Of a stretch of DNA of 64,000 nucleotides, positions 35,865 through 44,750 are shown piece after piece. The stretch lies in contig JAZNXW010000003.1 of the NCBI GenBank assembly GCA_045594085.1, positions 8,668-72,667 of the forward strand, written 5' to 3'. Numbering within the stretch: the stretch's first letter is position 1; every line of letters begins with the position of its first letter. The position numbers and the translations under genes are program-made. Origin of the DNA: Eubacteriales bacterium. GTDB taxonomy: Bacteria; Bacillota; Clostridia; Oscillospirales; CAG-272. The notes beneath the pieces are model-generated. The model saw only the letters and a list, made by a program, of their open reading frames with translations, did not search any database and was not told the DNA's origin.

Positions 35865-36830
35865 TTATTTTTCTTCGCTATCAACGCTGATATAAAAATA
35901 CGTTTGATCGACGAACTTTTCCGCGCCGTCCACAGTGACGTTACCTTGCTTCATCTTAACGCAGAGGTAAAGCTGATCCGCATACTCGCAAAGATACGAA
36001 TCTGCCAGCTCGTAGCCCTCGATTCCGAGTCCTGCAAGCTTTTCCTTCAGGTGAGTGATATATTTATTTTCCACCGTTGACGTAAACGAATCTGCCACGT
36101 CATCGAATCTGCCGAGATTTTGTGCGCTGAAGCTGTAGACCTCGTGGTCGGAGTTGATGAAGACGAGAACTCTGTCCAGATTATCCACGCCGTCCATTTT
36201 CAGCTGATATATGACCAAGCAGTATCCGGTATGATACTGAACAGAATAAAATTCGTACTTATCCGCACGTTCTCCGAGCAATTTCGCGATATAATCATCC
36301 GCAATTTTGCGCGCGTCTTCTTCGGAAATTTCAACCTCTACCAAATCGGGAATTCCTTTATGCATATGTACGACCTCGCCGTCCGAACGAACATGATAAG
36401 TCGTTATTTCATCGTCAATATATATGTCGTACGAATCGTATATGCCCTGTACTTCATCCGAAACGATTTTTTCACTGCGCACATATTCAACCGATTTTTT
36501 CTCACCCGCAACGATAATTTTTTGCTTTTTTTCTTCATCGTGGGTGTATTGAGCAAAGGTTTTCAGATTAAAATAGTCTGCCATATCTCCGCTTTCCGAC
36601 ATAGCTTCGGGAAACATATCGAGCGATAATTTCTCCGTCTCTCCGCCGGTGTCACTTCCAAGTAACGCGTCAGAGAAAAAGAACACGGTCGGAGCAAAAT
36701 CCGAAGCGTCCTCTCCGGTATCGGTCGTATCTGCGGAAGTATCTGCAATTTCGCCCTCGTTACATCCCGACAGAACAAACAATACGGAAAGTATCAAAAT
36801 CACCGTTATCAAAAATAAAATCTTTTTCAT
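35865..36830 (-). CDS. hypothetical lipoprotein
   Basis: The start is placed at ATG 36830 (RBS GGAGGTatat). Signal plus lipobox MKKILFLITVILILSVLFVLSGC. The gene is visibly more AT-rich than its neighbours. Confidence 0.7.
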   Translation of the reverse strand: MKKILFLITVILILSVLFVLSGCNEGEIADTSADTTDTGEDASDFAPTVFFFSDALLGSDTGGETEKLSLDMFPEAMSESGDMADYFNLKTFAQYTHDEEKKQKIIVAGEKKSVEYVRSEKIVSDEVQGIYDSYDIYIDDEITTYHVRSDGEVVHMHKGIPDLVEVEISEEDARKIADDYIAKLLGERADKYEFYSVQYHTGYCLVIYQLKMDGVDNLDRVLVFINSDHEVYSFSAQNLGRFDDVADSFTSTVENKYITHLKEKLAGLGIEGYELADSYLCEYADQLYLCVKMKQGNVTVDGAEKFVDQTYFYISVDSEEK

Positions 36831-36850
36831 ATATACCTCCATATTATTTT

Positions 36851-36896
36851 TCAAAACCTAAAATGCGCACAGATCCCCTTTGAACCTGTGCGCATT
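36851..36896 (-). promoter_or_regulatory. terminator-like hairpin inside the 5' leader of the lipoprotein gene (candidate attenuator)
   Basis: On the minus strand, AATGCGCACAG-N13-CTGTGCGCATT is followed by TTAGGTTTTG. It sits between the predicted promoter (36982-37010) and the RBS. Confidence 0.45.
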
Positions 36897-36981
36897 ATTT
36901 AATTAAGATTAGCTTCACCCGTGTCATAATAACCCCGCTTTCTTCTAAGAACGGATAAATCTTACAACATCTTGCAATATT

Positions 36982-37010
36982 ATTATACTGTGCAAACGGC
37001 ATATTGTCAA
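36982..37010 (-). promoter_or_regulatory. consensus sigma-A promoter
   Basis: On the minus strand, TTGACA, 17-nt spacer, TATAAT, about 150 nt upstream of ATG 36830. Confidence 0.6.
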
Positions 37011-37026
37011 CACCGAAAATCCGACC

Positions 37027-37063
37027 AAAACGCCCCGCAAGGGCATCGCGGGGCGTCTTTTTT
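37027..37063 (-). terminator. terminator after mreB
   Basis: acgccccgc...gcggggcgt flanked by A- and T-runs. Confidence 0.75.
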
Positions 37064-37070
37064 GCTGTAA

Positions 37071-38105
37071 TTACTGAAGTCCGAACTGCTCGGTGCGGTA
37101 ACGTGAGAGGTTGATCGCCCCCTCGGGGATCATCGCGATATGGTCGAGCGATTTACCCGTACCGAGAGCCACGCACTGTATAGCTTTATCGGCAACGCGA
37201 GTGGGAATTCCCGTAACGTTGGAGATGAGGTAATCGAGACCGTAAAGCAAGCTTCCGCCGCCCGTCATAACGATGCCGTTTGCAACGATGTCTCCGATAA
37301 GCTCGGGCGGTGTACGCTCGATAACGGAGCAGACTGCCTCAACGATCGTGGTGATCGGCTCGTCGAGCGCCTCGATCATTTCGTCTGACCAGATGCGGAT
37401 CATCTTGGGAAGTCCCTGAATGAGACAGCGTCCCTTTACGTCTATGTATTTGCGCTCCTCGCGCGTCCATACGGATCCGATCGCGATCTTGATATCCTCC
37501 GCAGTACGTTCACCGATAAGGACAGCGTACTTCTTGCGGACGTATCTGATGATCGCTTCGTCAAATTTGTCGCCCGCAATCTTGATCGATTCGGATACGA
37601 CGACGCCTCCGAGCGAGATAACGGCGATATCTGTCGTTCCGCCGCCGATGTCAATGACCATATTTCCGTTCGGAACGGAAATATCGATTCCCGCGCCGAT
37701 CGCAGCCGCAACGGGCTCCTCGATGAGGTACGTCTTTTTCGCGCCTGCCTGAGTTGCCGCGTCAACGACAGCTCTTTCCTCAACCTCGGTAATGCCCGAG
37801 GGGACGCAGATCATAACTCGCGGCTTAAACACGATGGGACCGCTTGCCTGACGAATAAAGTGCTGTATCATACGGAGCGTGATCTCGTACTGACTTATGA
37901 CGCCGTCGCGGAGCGGACGGAGCGCAATGATATTACCCGGAGTACGTCCGAGCATTTGCTGTGCTTCCCTTCCGACCTTCAAGATGCGGTCCGTGTTTTT
38001 ATCTATCGCAACGACCGAAGGCTCCTTGACTACGATGCCTCTACCTTTTACATAAACAAGCACCGTCGCCGTGCCGAGGTCGATACCTATATCCTTACTG
38101 AACAT
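37071..38105 (-). CDS. mreB: rod shape-determining protein MreB
   Basis: IGIDLGTA and DIGGGTTDIA actin-fold motifs; 344 aa. Confidence 0.95.
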   Translation of the reverse strand: MFSKDIGIDLGTATVLVYVKGRGIVVKEPSVVAIDKNTDRILKVGREAQQMLGRTPGNIIALRPLRDGVISQYEITLRMIQHFIRQASGPIVFKPRVMICVPSGITEVEERAVVDAATQAGAKKTYLIEEPVAAAIGAGIDISVPNGNMVIDIGGGTTDIAVISLGGVVVSESIKIAGDKFDEAIIRYVRKKYAVLIGERTAEDIKIAIGSVWTREERKYIDVKGRCLIQGLPKMIRIWSDEMIEALDEPITTIVEAVCSVIERTPPELIGDIVANGIVMTGGGSLLYGLDYLISNVTGIPTRVADKAIQCVALGTGKSLDHIAMIPEGAINLSRYRTEQFGLQ

Positions 38106-38161
38106 TGTTATCCTTTCGATGAAAATCTATATAACACACATATGCATAATAATCTATAATG

Positions 38162-38190
38162 ATTATACATTAATCGCGTCGCCTTTGCAA
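38162..38190 (-). promoter_or_regulatory. sigma-A-type promoter for mreB
   Basis: On the minus strand, TTGCAA, 17-nt spacer, TATAAT. Confidence 0.5.
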
Positions 38191-38213
38191 GTCCAATTTC
38201 CGACAACATCGCA

Positions 38214-39002
38214 TCAAGTTGATTTTGTTTTTGCAAGTGTGCACACGATCACGTCGGATGCGCCGAGGTCGCATAGCTTTCCCACGCAAGCGGCAAGCGT
38301 TGCTCCGCTTGTGAGGATGTCGTCGAGGACTACGTAGCGTTTACCGGCTATATCTTTTTCTGCGCGCTTTTTCACTTTGATCGATCGCTCCGCCGCATCA
38401 AGACGGGATTCGGCGTTCTTTTTCTTTTGCGCGGTACGAGCCGTATTGACGAGCACGGACTCGAACGGCAATCCGAGCAGCTTTGCCGTCAGCTTCGCTG
38501 TTTTTTCCATATGATCCGCGCCGTTTTCGCGTACGGCGCGTCTGCGTCTCGGAGCAAATGTGACTGTACATCCATCAAGATCAAAGTCCGAGGTCAGCGC
38601 AGCTTTTTCAAGTCTGCGAGCGAAAAGATGCGCACAGAATCGCGTAACGTCGTTGCTTTTTCCGTCCTTCAGTTTATAAATGATCGCGGACGAGGCGCTT
38701 TTACGCTTCATTTTGTCATAGGCAAAGCTCGCGTAAGCACGGTCGATGCCCACGCACGAAAGTGCGTCGGGTACGCACTCGCAAACGGCGTACGTTTCAC
38801 CGCACACGGGGCACATCTCGCGCACAGACCGCACAAAATCCGACATACAAGCGTCGCAAAGGCAGCCTTGCGCGTCTGCATACGAGGATTCTCTGTCGGG
38901 CGGCAGCACACATCTGCACGCCGCGCAGCACGGCGGAAACAAAATCGCGCGAATCGCCCTTGATGCAACGGCAAAAATGCCTGTTTTCTTACGCTTTTTC
39001 AT
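38214..39002 (-). CDS. comFC: ComF family protein (ComFC, phosphoribosyltransferase-like)
   Basis: N-terminal Cys-rich zinc finger and PRT motif VVLDDILTSGATL. The start is placed at ATG 39002, overlapping the recD2 stop by 14 nt. Confidence 0.8.
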   Translation of the reverse strand: MKKRKKTGIFAVASRAIRAILFPPCCAACRCVLPPDRESSYADAQGCLCDACMSDFVRSVREMCPVCGETYAVCECVPDALSCVGIDRAYASFAYDKMKRKSASSAIIYKLKDGKSNDVTRFCAHLFARRLEKAALTSDFDLDGCTVTFAPRRRRAVRENGADHMEKTAKLTAKLLGLPFESVLVNTARTAQKKKNAESRLDAAERSIKVKKRAEKDIAGKRYVVLDDILTSGATLAACVGKLCDLGASDVIVCTLAKTKST

Positions 39003-41256
39003 TGAAAAATTCTCCAAGCATAACGGACAGTCCCGTATATTTGAAATCCTCGCGCGCACATTCCACCATTCTGCGGACGAGATCCTCTCTGCCGACGATG
39101 ATGAGCATCTTCGATGCTCTTGTAACGGCAGTATAGAGCAAGTGACGCGTCAGAAGCTGAGGCGCACATCCGTACACGGGAATGATCACGACGGGATATT
39201 CGCTGCCCTGACTCTTATGAACGGTCACGGCATATGCGTGATCGAGCTCATCAAGAAAGGCAAAATCGTAGTAAACGTATCTGTCGTCGAAATGGATCTT
39301 CATTACCTCGCGGTCCTCGTCGATCCCGTCGATGACACCGATATCGCCGTTGAAAACGCCGACTCCGTCGGGCTTTTCCTCGCCCGTCAGGGTGACGTAT
39401 CCGTCGCGGTACCACTCGATCTTATAATTATTCTTTGTCTGCATCACGCGGTCGCCCTCGCGGAATATCATCTCGCGTGATTTGCGCTCCTTCTTCCCTT
39501 TTGTGGGTGGATTGAGCACACGCTGAAGCGATGCGTTGAGTGCTTCTGTGCCCGCGGCACCGCGTCTTGACGGAGAAATGACCTGTATTCCCGACGCGAT
39601 CTCATCTCCGTATGCGGCAGGCAAGCGCTTTGAACACAGATCGACGACTGTTGCGGCGATGGAATCGTCGTAGTTACGTCCCATGAAGAAAAAGTCGCTC
39701 TTTTTCTCTGTAAGCACGGGCATTTCACCCTCTATGATACGCGACGCGTTTGTGACTATGAAGTTTTCCTTCGCCTGACGGAAGATCTCCGTCAGCTCGA
39801 CTGTTCTGACGACGCACGAATCGATCATATCCCAAAGGACGTTGCCTGCGCCCACAGACGGAAGCTGATTCGAGTCGCCTATCATAATCAGACGCGCACC
39901 GGGACGGATCGCCTTGAGAAGCGCGTTCATCAGCATAATATCCACCATAGACGATTCGTCGATGATGACGACCTCGGCATCGAGACGATTTGTCTCGTCG
40001 CGTGTGAAGCGAGGATACGAGCTGTCGTTATACTCCATCTCAAGCAGACGGTGGATCGTTCTCGCCTCGCGTCCCGTCGCCTCCGCCATACGCTTGGCAG
40101 CGCGTCCCGTCGGCGCGGCAAGCTCGATATCCGTGATGCCAAGCTTCTCGAATATGCTTATAAGCGCACGCACAACAGTCGTTTTTCCCGTTCCGGGACG
40201 TCCCGTCAGCACCATTACGCCTCCGACGAGCGCCTCCGTTATCGCGCGCTTCTGCTCGGGCGCGTAGCTGATGCCGTCGCGCAGCTCAAGCATATTGATA
40301 AATCGCTCCGCGTCGCCCGCAGACAACGCCGCGCAGGAGCGCTCGAGTCGGCAGAGCGCTTCCGCGACGCCGAGCTCGGCTTTATAGTAGGTATCAAGAT
40401 AGCACGCGCTGTACGTTGTCTCACCGAGCTTCACGGGCTTACAGTAGAGCTTACCTGACACGATGAGTCTTTTCACGGCGCTTACCGCTGTTTCCGTATC
40501 GACGGAGATGAGCTCCGCAGTACCTGAAACAAGCTTTTCAAACGGAAGAAAGACGTGACCGTTCGTACTTGCGTTATATGTCAAAAGGTACGTGACAGCG
40601 CCCTCGACGCGTTCGCCGCTCGACGGATCTACGCCGAGCGAAAGCGCGATCTCGTCGGCTTTGGCAAAGCCGACGCCGCCTATCTCGCCGCAAAGACGGT
40701 AGGGATTTTTCTTGATGATATCAACCGCCGCCGCGCCCCACGCTTTATAGATGCGCATAGACGTTGACGGTCCGAAATAATCGCGGCAGAACATCATCAC
40801 GCTTCGCGAGCCCGTATGCTCGACGAAGCTGACCTGTATCTCCCTCGCCTTGCGCTTCGAGATCCCCGAGATCTCCGTGAGCCAATCGGGATGCTTTTCG
40901 ATGACCTCGAATGTGTCCTCGCCGTATCTTTCAACGATCCTGCGCGCGATGACGGGGCCTATGCCCTTGATCGCGCCCGACGAGAGGTAACGCAGTATCT
41001 CCGTTGCGTCTACGGGAAGGCAAGCCTCCGCGCTTTCGACCGCGAACTGACGGCCGAAGCTTGCGTGAAGCGTCCACGAGCCGTATACCTTGACAGCTTC
41101 TCCCTCCGAAAGGAACGGCATAATTCCGACAGCGGTGAAAAAATCCCCGTCATCGGCTTCTATATCGCAGACGGTATAGCCGTTGTCTTCGTTTTTATAT
41201 ATTATTTCGTTTACTACACCGCTTATGACGGTCAGATCCTTTTTTTCCTCTGCCAT
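38989..41256 (-). CDS. recD2: ATP-dependent RecD-like DNA helicase (RecD2, SF1B)
   Basis: Walker A GRPGTGKTT, VIIDESSMVD, and the C-terminal AVTVHKSQGSEY motif. Confidence 0.9.
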   Translation of the reverse strand: MAEEKKDLTVISGVVNEIIYKNEDNGYTVCDIEADDGDFFTAVGIMPFLSEGEAVKVYGSWTLHASFGRQFAVESAEACLPVDATEILRYLSSGAIKGIGPVIARRIVERYGEDTFEVIEKHPDWLTEISGISKRKAREIQVSFVEHTGSRSVMMFCRDYFGPSTSMRIYKAWGAAAVDIIKKNPYRLCGEIGGVGFAKADEIALSLGVDPSSGERVEGAVTYLLTYNASTNGHVFLPFEKLVSGTAELISVDTETAVSAVKRLIVSGKLYCKPVKLGETTYSACYLDTYYKAELGVAEALCRLERSCAALSAGDAERFINMLELRDGISYAPEQKRAITEALVGGVMVLTGRPGTGKTTVVRALISIFEKLGITDIELAAPTGRAAKRMAEATGREARTIHRLLEMEYNDSSYPRFTRDETNRLDAEVVIIDESSMVDIMLMNALLKAIRPGARLIMIGDSNQLPSVGAGNVLWDMIDSCVVRTVELTEIFRQAKENFIVTNASRIIEGEMPVLTEKKSDFFFMGRNYDDSIAATVVDLCSKRLPAAYGDEIASGIQVISPSRRGAAGTEALNASLQRVLNPPTKGKKERKSREMIFREGDRVMQTKNNYKIEWYRDGYVTLTGEEKPDGVGVFNGDIGVIDGIDEDREVMKIHFDDRYVYYDFAFLDELDHAYAVTVHKSQGSEYPVVIIPVYGCAPQLLTRHLLYTAVTRASKMLIIVGREDLVRRMVECAREDFKYTGLSVMLGEFFNEKA

Positions 41257-41283
41257 ACCGCTCTCCTTTCGTTAGTTTTATAA

Positions 41284-41314
41284 ACGGGGGCGCCGATCCT
41301 ACGACTGCCCCCGT
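41284..41314 (-). terminator. terminator after metK
   Basis: acgggggc...gcccccgt hairpin, followed on the minus strand by TTTATAAAA. Confidence 0.6.
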
Positions 41315-41335
41315 CACGGTTGTTTTGTTTTTTGA

Positions 41336-42523
41336 TTAAAGCGCGAACGCCTTCTTCATTTCCTCCGCGAGATCAAGCGCCTCCCACGGAGCGTTGAGAT
41401 CTTCTCTTCCCATATGGCCGTACGCTGCGAGGCGGCGGTAGATGGGACGTCTGAGACCGAACTTTTCGATGATCGCCGCAGGGCGGAGATCGACGTTTTC
41501 GGAAACGTACGCGGAGATCTTCGCTTCCTCAACCTTTGCGGTGCCGAAGGTATCGATCATAACGGAAACAGGGCGTGCAACGCCTATCGCGTATGCGATC
41601 TGGATCTCGCACTTGTCGGCAAGTCCTGCCGCAACGATATTCTTTGCTACGTATCTTGCCGCATAAGCCGCAGAGCGGTCAACCTTTGTCGGGTCCTTGC
41701 CTGAAAAAGCGCCGCCGCCGTGACGTGCGTATCCGCCGTACGTATCGACGATGATCTTTCTGCCTGTAAGTCCGGAGTCGCCGTTCGGTCCGCCGATAAC
41801 AAATCTGCCGGTGGGGTTAACGTAGATCTTTGTGTTCTCGTCCATCAGTCCCGCGTCAACTGTAGGCATAATAACATGCTCAATAACGTCGCGTCTGATC
41901 TCTTCGATCTCGACATCGGGGGAATGCTGAGTGGAGATAACGATTGTATCCACTCTTACGGGAGTATTGCCGTCATATTCAACGGTTACCTGAGACTTTC
42001 CGTCAGGTCTGAGGTAAGAAAGTGTTCCGTTCTTTCTGACTTCCGTGAGTCTCTTTGCGAGTCTGTGAGAAAGACTGATCGCAAGAGGCATATATTCGGG
42101 AGTCTCATTGCAGGCGTAGCCGAACATCATACCCTGGTCGCCGGCGCCCGTATCATATTTGTCTGTCATTTCACCGGATTTTGCTTCCGCCGCTTTATCA
42201 ACGCCGAGAGCGATATCCGCGCTCTGCTCATGGATGGAGCTGATGACGGCGCAGGTGTCGCAGTCAAAGCCGTATTTTGCTCTGTCGTAGCCGATCTCGC
42301 GCACTACGTCACGAACTACAGACTGAATATCAACGTAAGCAGAGGTCGTTACCTCGCCCATTACCATAACAAAGCCTGTCGTGCAGGAGGTCTCTACAGC
42401 CGCACGGGACATAGGATCCACCTTGAGCATTTCATCGAGGATCGCGTCCGAGATCTGGTCGCATATTTTATCGGGATGGCCTTCAGTGACCGATTCCGAC
42501 GTGAAGAATTTACGTTCTGCCAT
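41336..42523 (-). CDS. metK: S-adenosylmethionine synthetase
   Basis: [33 protein letters not shown]. Confidence 0.97.
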   Translation of the reverse strand: MAERKFFTSESVTEGHPDKICDQISDAILDEMLKVDPMSRAAVETSCTTGFVMVMGEVTTSAYVDIQSVVRDVVREIGYDRAKYGFDCDTCAVISSIHEQSADIALGVDKAAEAKSGEMTDKYDTGAGDQGMMFGYACNETPEYMPLAISLSHRLAKRLTEVRKNGTLSYLRPDGKSQVTVEYDGNTPVRVDTIVISTQHSPDVEIEEIRRDVIEHVIMPTVDAGLMDENTKIYVNPTGRFVIGGPNGDSGLTGRKIIVDTYGGYARHGGGAFSGKDPTKVDRSAAYAARYVAKNIVAAGLADKCEIQIAYAIGVARPVSVMIDTFGTAKVEEAKISAYVSENVDLRPAAIIEKFGLRRPIYRRLAAYGHMGREDLNAPWEALDLAEEMKKAFAL

Positions 42524-42585
42524 TATATTTTTCTCCGTTTCAAATTTATGTATTTATATAATCTTCCGCTACGGGAATGTGATTA

Positions 42586-43050
42586 TCAGAAAAGTAAAAA
42601 GTCGAGGAATCCGAGAAATCCGTATGAGATTCCCGACATAATGAAGCCTGCGACGACAACACCGCCGAACACGCTCAGCATTGCGTATCTGAATCTCATA
42701 TTGAGAAGAGCCGCGATAAGCGCGCCCGTCCACGCTCCCGTACCGGGAAGCGGAACGCCGACAAAGAGGAAAAGTCCCCACGTGGCATATTTGGTAACCG
42801 AATCCGTGCGCTTTGCGGCACGGTCAAGTACCCAGTTCGCAATCGGTGCAAGACGTTCCTTTGTTTTCATAAAGAAAAGGATCTTTCTTATGAAAAGCAG
42901 GATAAACGGTATCGGCACCACATTTCCGATCACGCTGACAGCGAAGCACTCAAGCCAAGGCACACCGAGCGCGGCGCCCACAGGTATTGCTCCGCGGAGC
43001 TCGATCAGCGGTACCATTGAAATAAAAAAGAGGTAAAACAGATTTTTCAC
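42586..43050 (-). CDS. small membrane protein, COG2426 / small multidrug export family (PF06695-like)
   Basis: GTG start with RBS AAAGGAA. SMVPLIELRGAIPVGAALG... and VGVPLPGTGAWTGAL are typical of the family. Confidence 0.7.
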   Translation of the reverse strand: MKNLFYLFFISMVPLIELRGAIPVGAALGVPWLECFAVSVIGNVVPIPFILLFIRKILFFMKTKERLAPIANWVLDRAAKRTDSVTKYATWGLFLFVGVPLPGTGAWTGALIAALLNMRFRYAMLSVFGGVVVAGFIMSGISYGFLGFLDFLLF

Positions 43051-43086
43051 TTGATAATTCCTTTACAAAATCAGTCTGACGTCGGC

Positions 43087-43225
43087 AAAAAAATAACACC
43101 CGTCAACCGACGGATGCGACCTTTTCCCGATATTTATCACACCATCGGTCAGACTTTGGCACCTTGCCGCATAAGCAGGTTGCCGGATGGTCACAGGGTC
43201 TGTCCCTCGCATCACTCTTTATAGC
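43087..43225 (-). promoter_or_regulatory. SAM-I (S-box) riboswitch with intrinsic terminator
   Basis: Minus-strand RNA AAGAGUGAUGCGAGGGACAGACCCUGUGACCAUCCGGCAACCUGCUUAUGCGGCAAGGUGCCAAAGUC matches the S-box core (AGAG..GAGGGA..CCC..GA..CC.GGCAACC..AAGGUGCCAA). The terminator is CAUCCGUC-GGUU-GACGGGUG plus a U-run. P1 pairing was not resolved by eye. Confidence 0.75.
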
Positions 43226-43232
43226 ATTTGGT

Positions 43233-43261
43233 ATTATATCGCGACTTTTTTATTTTGTCAA
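43233..43261 (-). promoter_or_regulatory. consensus sigma-A promoter driving the riboswitch
   Basis: On the minus strand, TTGACA, 17-nt spacer, TATAAT. Confidence 0.65.
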
Positions 43262-43380
43262 CAGTTTTTATTCATTTGAGAAAAATTTAATATTTCGCGG
43301 AATAATTCCGACTCCGATCAGACAAATTATTATTGCATAACATATTTTTTCGCCGCACGTGCGGCAGAACGGAGACTGAG

Positions 43381-44013
43381 ATGCTTACGGTTGCCCTGCG
43401 CACTCTGATTTTGTACGGAGTACTTGAGCTGTCAATGAAGCTGATGGGAAAGCGTCAGATCGGTGAGTTTGAAATGGGTGAGTTCGTCACGACGCTTTTC
43501 GTGTCGGAGCTTGCTGCCCTCCCCATAGGAAACCCCGAAATTCCGCTTTTACGCGCACTTGTTCCGCTTGGTATAGTTGTCGCCCTGGAGCTGTTGATGT
43601 CGTTTATGGCACTCAAAAGCAAGCTTGTGCGGCGTTTTTGCTCGGGCAAGCCGAGCCACCTCATCACTCGCGGCACGCTCGATCAAAAAGAGCTTTTACG
43701 TCAACGCATAAGCTGCTCGGAGCTGCTCGCTCAGCTTCGTCAAAAGGGCGTGACGGACATCTCCGACGTCGCTTATGCCATCATCGAGGACGACGGAATG
43801 CTGTCCGTTTTCACAAAGGATGCCGCACCGAACGGACTCACTCATTCCCTCATCGTAGACGGAATGATCATAAAGGAAAGTCTGTCCGCGGCGGGCAAGG
43901 ATGAAAATTTCGTAGAGATCGAGCTCAAGCGCCGACATCTTAAGCAAAAGGACGTATTTCTTCTCACAGTTGACGATAAGGGCAAGGTCAACGTAATTAA
44001 AAGAGCGTACTGA
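43381..44013 (+). CDS. DUF421 (YetF/YkjA-like) membrane protein
   Basis: The start is placed at ATG 43381 (RBS GGAGA). MLTVALRTLILYGVLELSMKLMGKRQIGEF is the typical family N-terminus. Confidence 0.75.
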   Translation: MLTVALRTLILYGVLELSMKLMGKRQIGEFEMGEFVTTLFVSELAALPIGNPEIPLLRALVPLGIVVALELLMSFMALKSKLVRRFCSGKPSHLITRGTLDQKELLRQRISCSELLAQLRQKGVTDISDVAYAIIEDDGMLSVFTKDAAPNGLTHSLIVDGMIIKESLSAAGKDENFVEIELKRRHLKQKDVFLLTVDDKGKVNVIKRAY

Positions 44014-44047
44014 AAAAGCCGTGAATCAAATGATTCACGGCTTTTTT
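44013..44047. terminator. bidirectional terminator
   Basis: aaaaagccgtgaatcaaatgattcacggctttttt. Confidence 0.8.
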
Positions 44048-44048
44048 G

Positions 44049-44750
44049 TCATCTGAAGGTTTTTCCGTTTGCGCCGAGCACGTCCACACGCATAATGGAG
44101 TGGCCGTCACATCCGGGAGCAATATTCTCCTCGTAGTCAAGGAGCGCCTTGACCGCTGTGACTATATACTCGGGATTGAGGTAATGCTCGGGGTCGGCGG
44201 CAAGCGTAACGTCGAGCTTCAGCTCGCCGTCTGTGCCCTCAACAGAAATTGACTTAATGAACGGACGTATATCACATTCCGTTTCGCCCGATTTCGTACG
44301 TTTCGTCACCACGACGGGAGCTTTCATCATCGCGCCTACGGCATCTGCGGATGCGGCATTAATGGCACTCGCGTGCATCTCGATAAGATAGCGCGAATGT
44401 GCGATATCGCGGAACTTCGTTTCGGGAACGTACACGTCCTTGATCTCAATTTCGGGGACTGTCGCATCAATGAGGCGACGTTTTATCTCGTCAACATCGA
44501 GCACCTGATCGTACACCTTGAGATCAACAAGCTCAAGCTCGCTTTCAGTGCCAACCGAAAGCGGAAGCGCGAACACGAGCTTGGGCTTCGGGTTGAAGCC
44601 CTCGGTGTAATACACATTGATGTTCGCTCTGACCACGAGCTTTGTCATGGTTCTCATCAGATCGAGATGCGAAATGAACTGAAGCGCACCTTTTTTGGAG
44701 AACACGACTCTGACAGGTGTCGGCTTGATTTTTATCTCTTTTTCCTGCAT
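44049..44750 (-). CDS. TIGR03936-family radical-SAM-associated protein (DUF2344)
   Basis: VVFSKKGALQFISHLDLMRTM...GFNPKPKLVFALPLSVGTESE. Overlaps the upstream radical SAM gene by 19 nt. Confidence 0.8.
   Translation of the reverse strand: MQEKEIKIKPTPVRVVFSKKGALQFISHLDLMRTMTKLVVRANINVYYTEGFNPKPKLVFALPLSVGTESELELVDLKVYDQVLDVDEIKRRLIDATVPEIEIKDVYVPETKFRDIAHSRYLIEMHASAINAASADAVGAMMKAPVVVTKRTKSGETECDIRPFIKSISVEGTDGELKLDVTLAADPEHYLNPEYIVTAVKALLDYEENIAPGCDGHSIMRVDVLGANGKTFR

Noticed and set aside
41720-43036. 438-aa plus-strand ORF.
   Set aside because: It is antisense to metK and the COG2426 gene. metK identity is unambiguous, and the antisense ORF crosses the intergenic region without any start signals.
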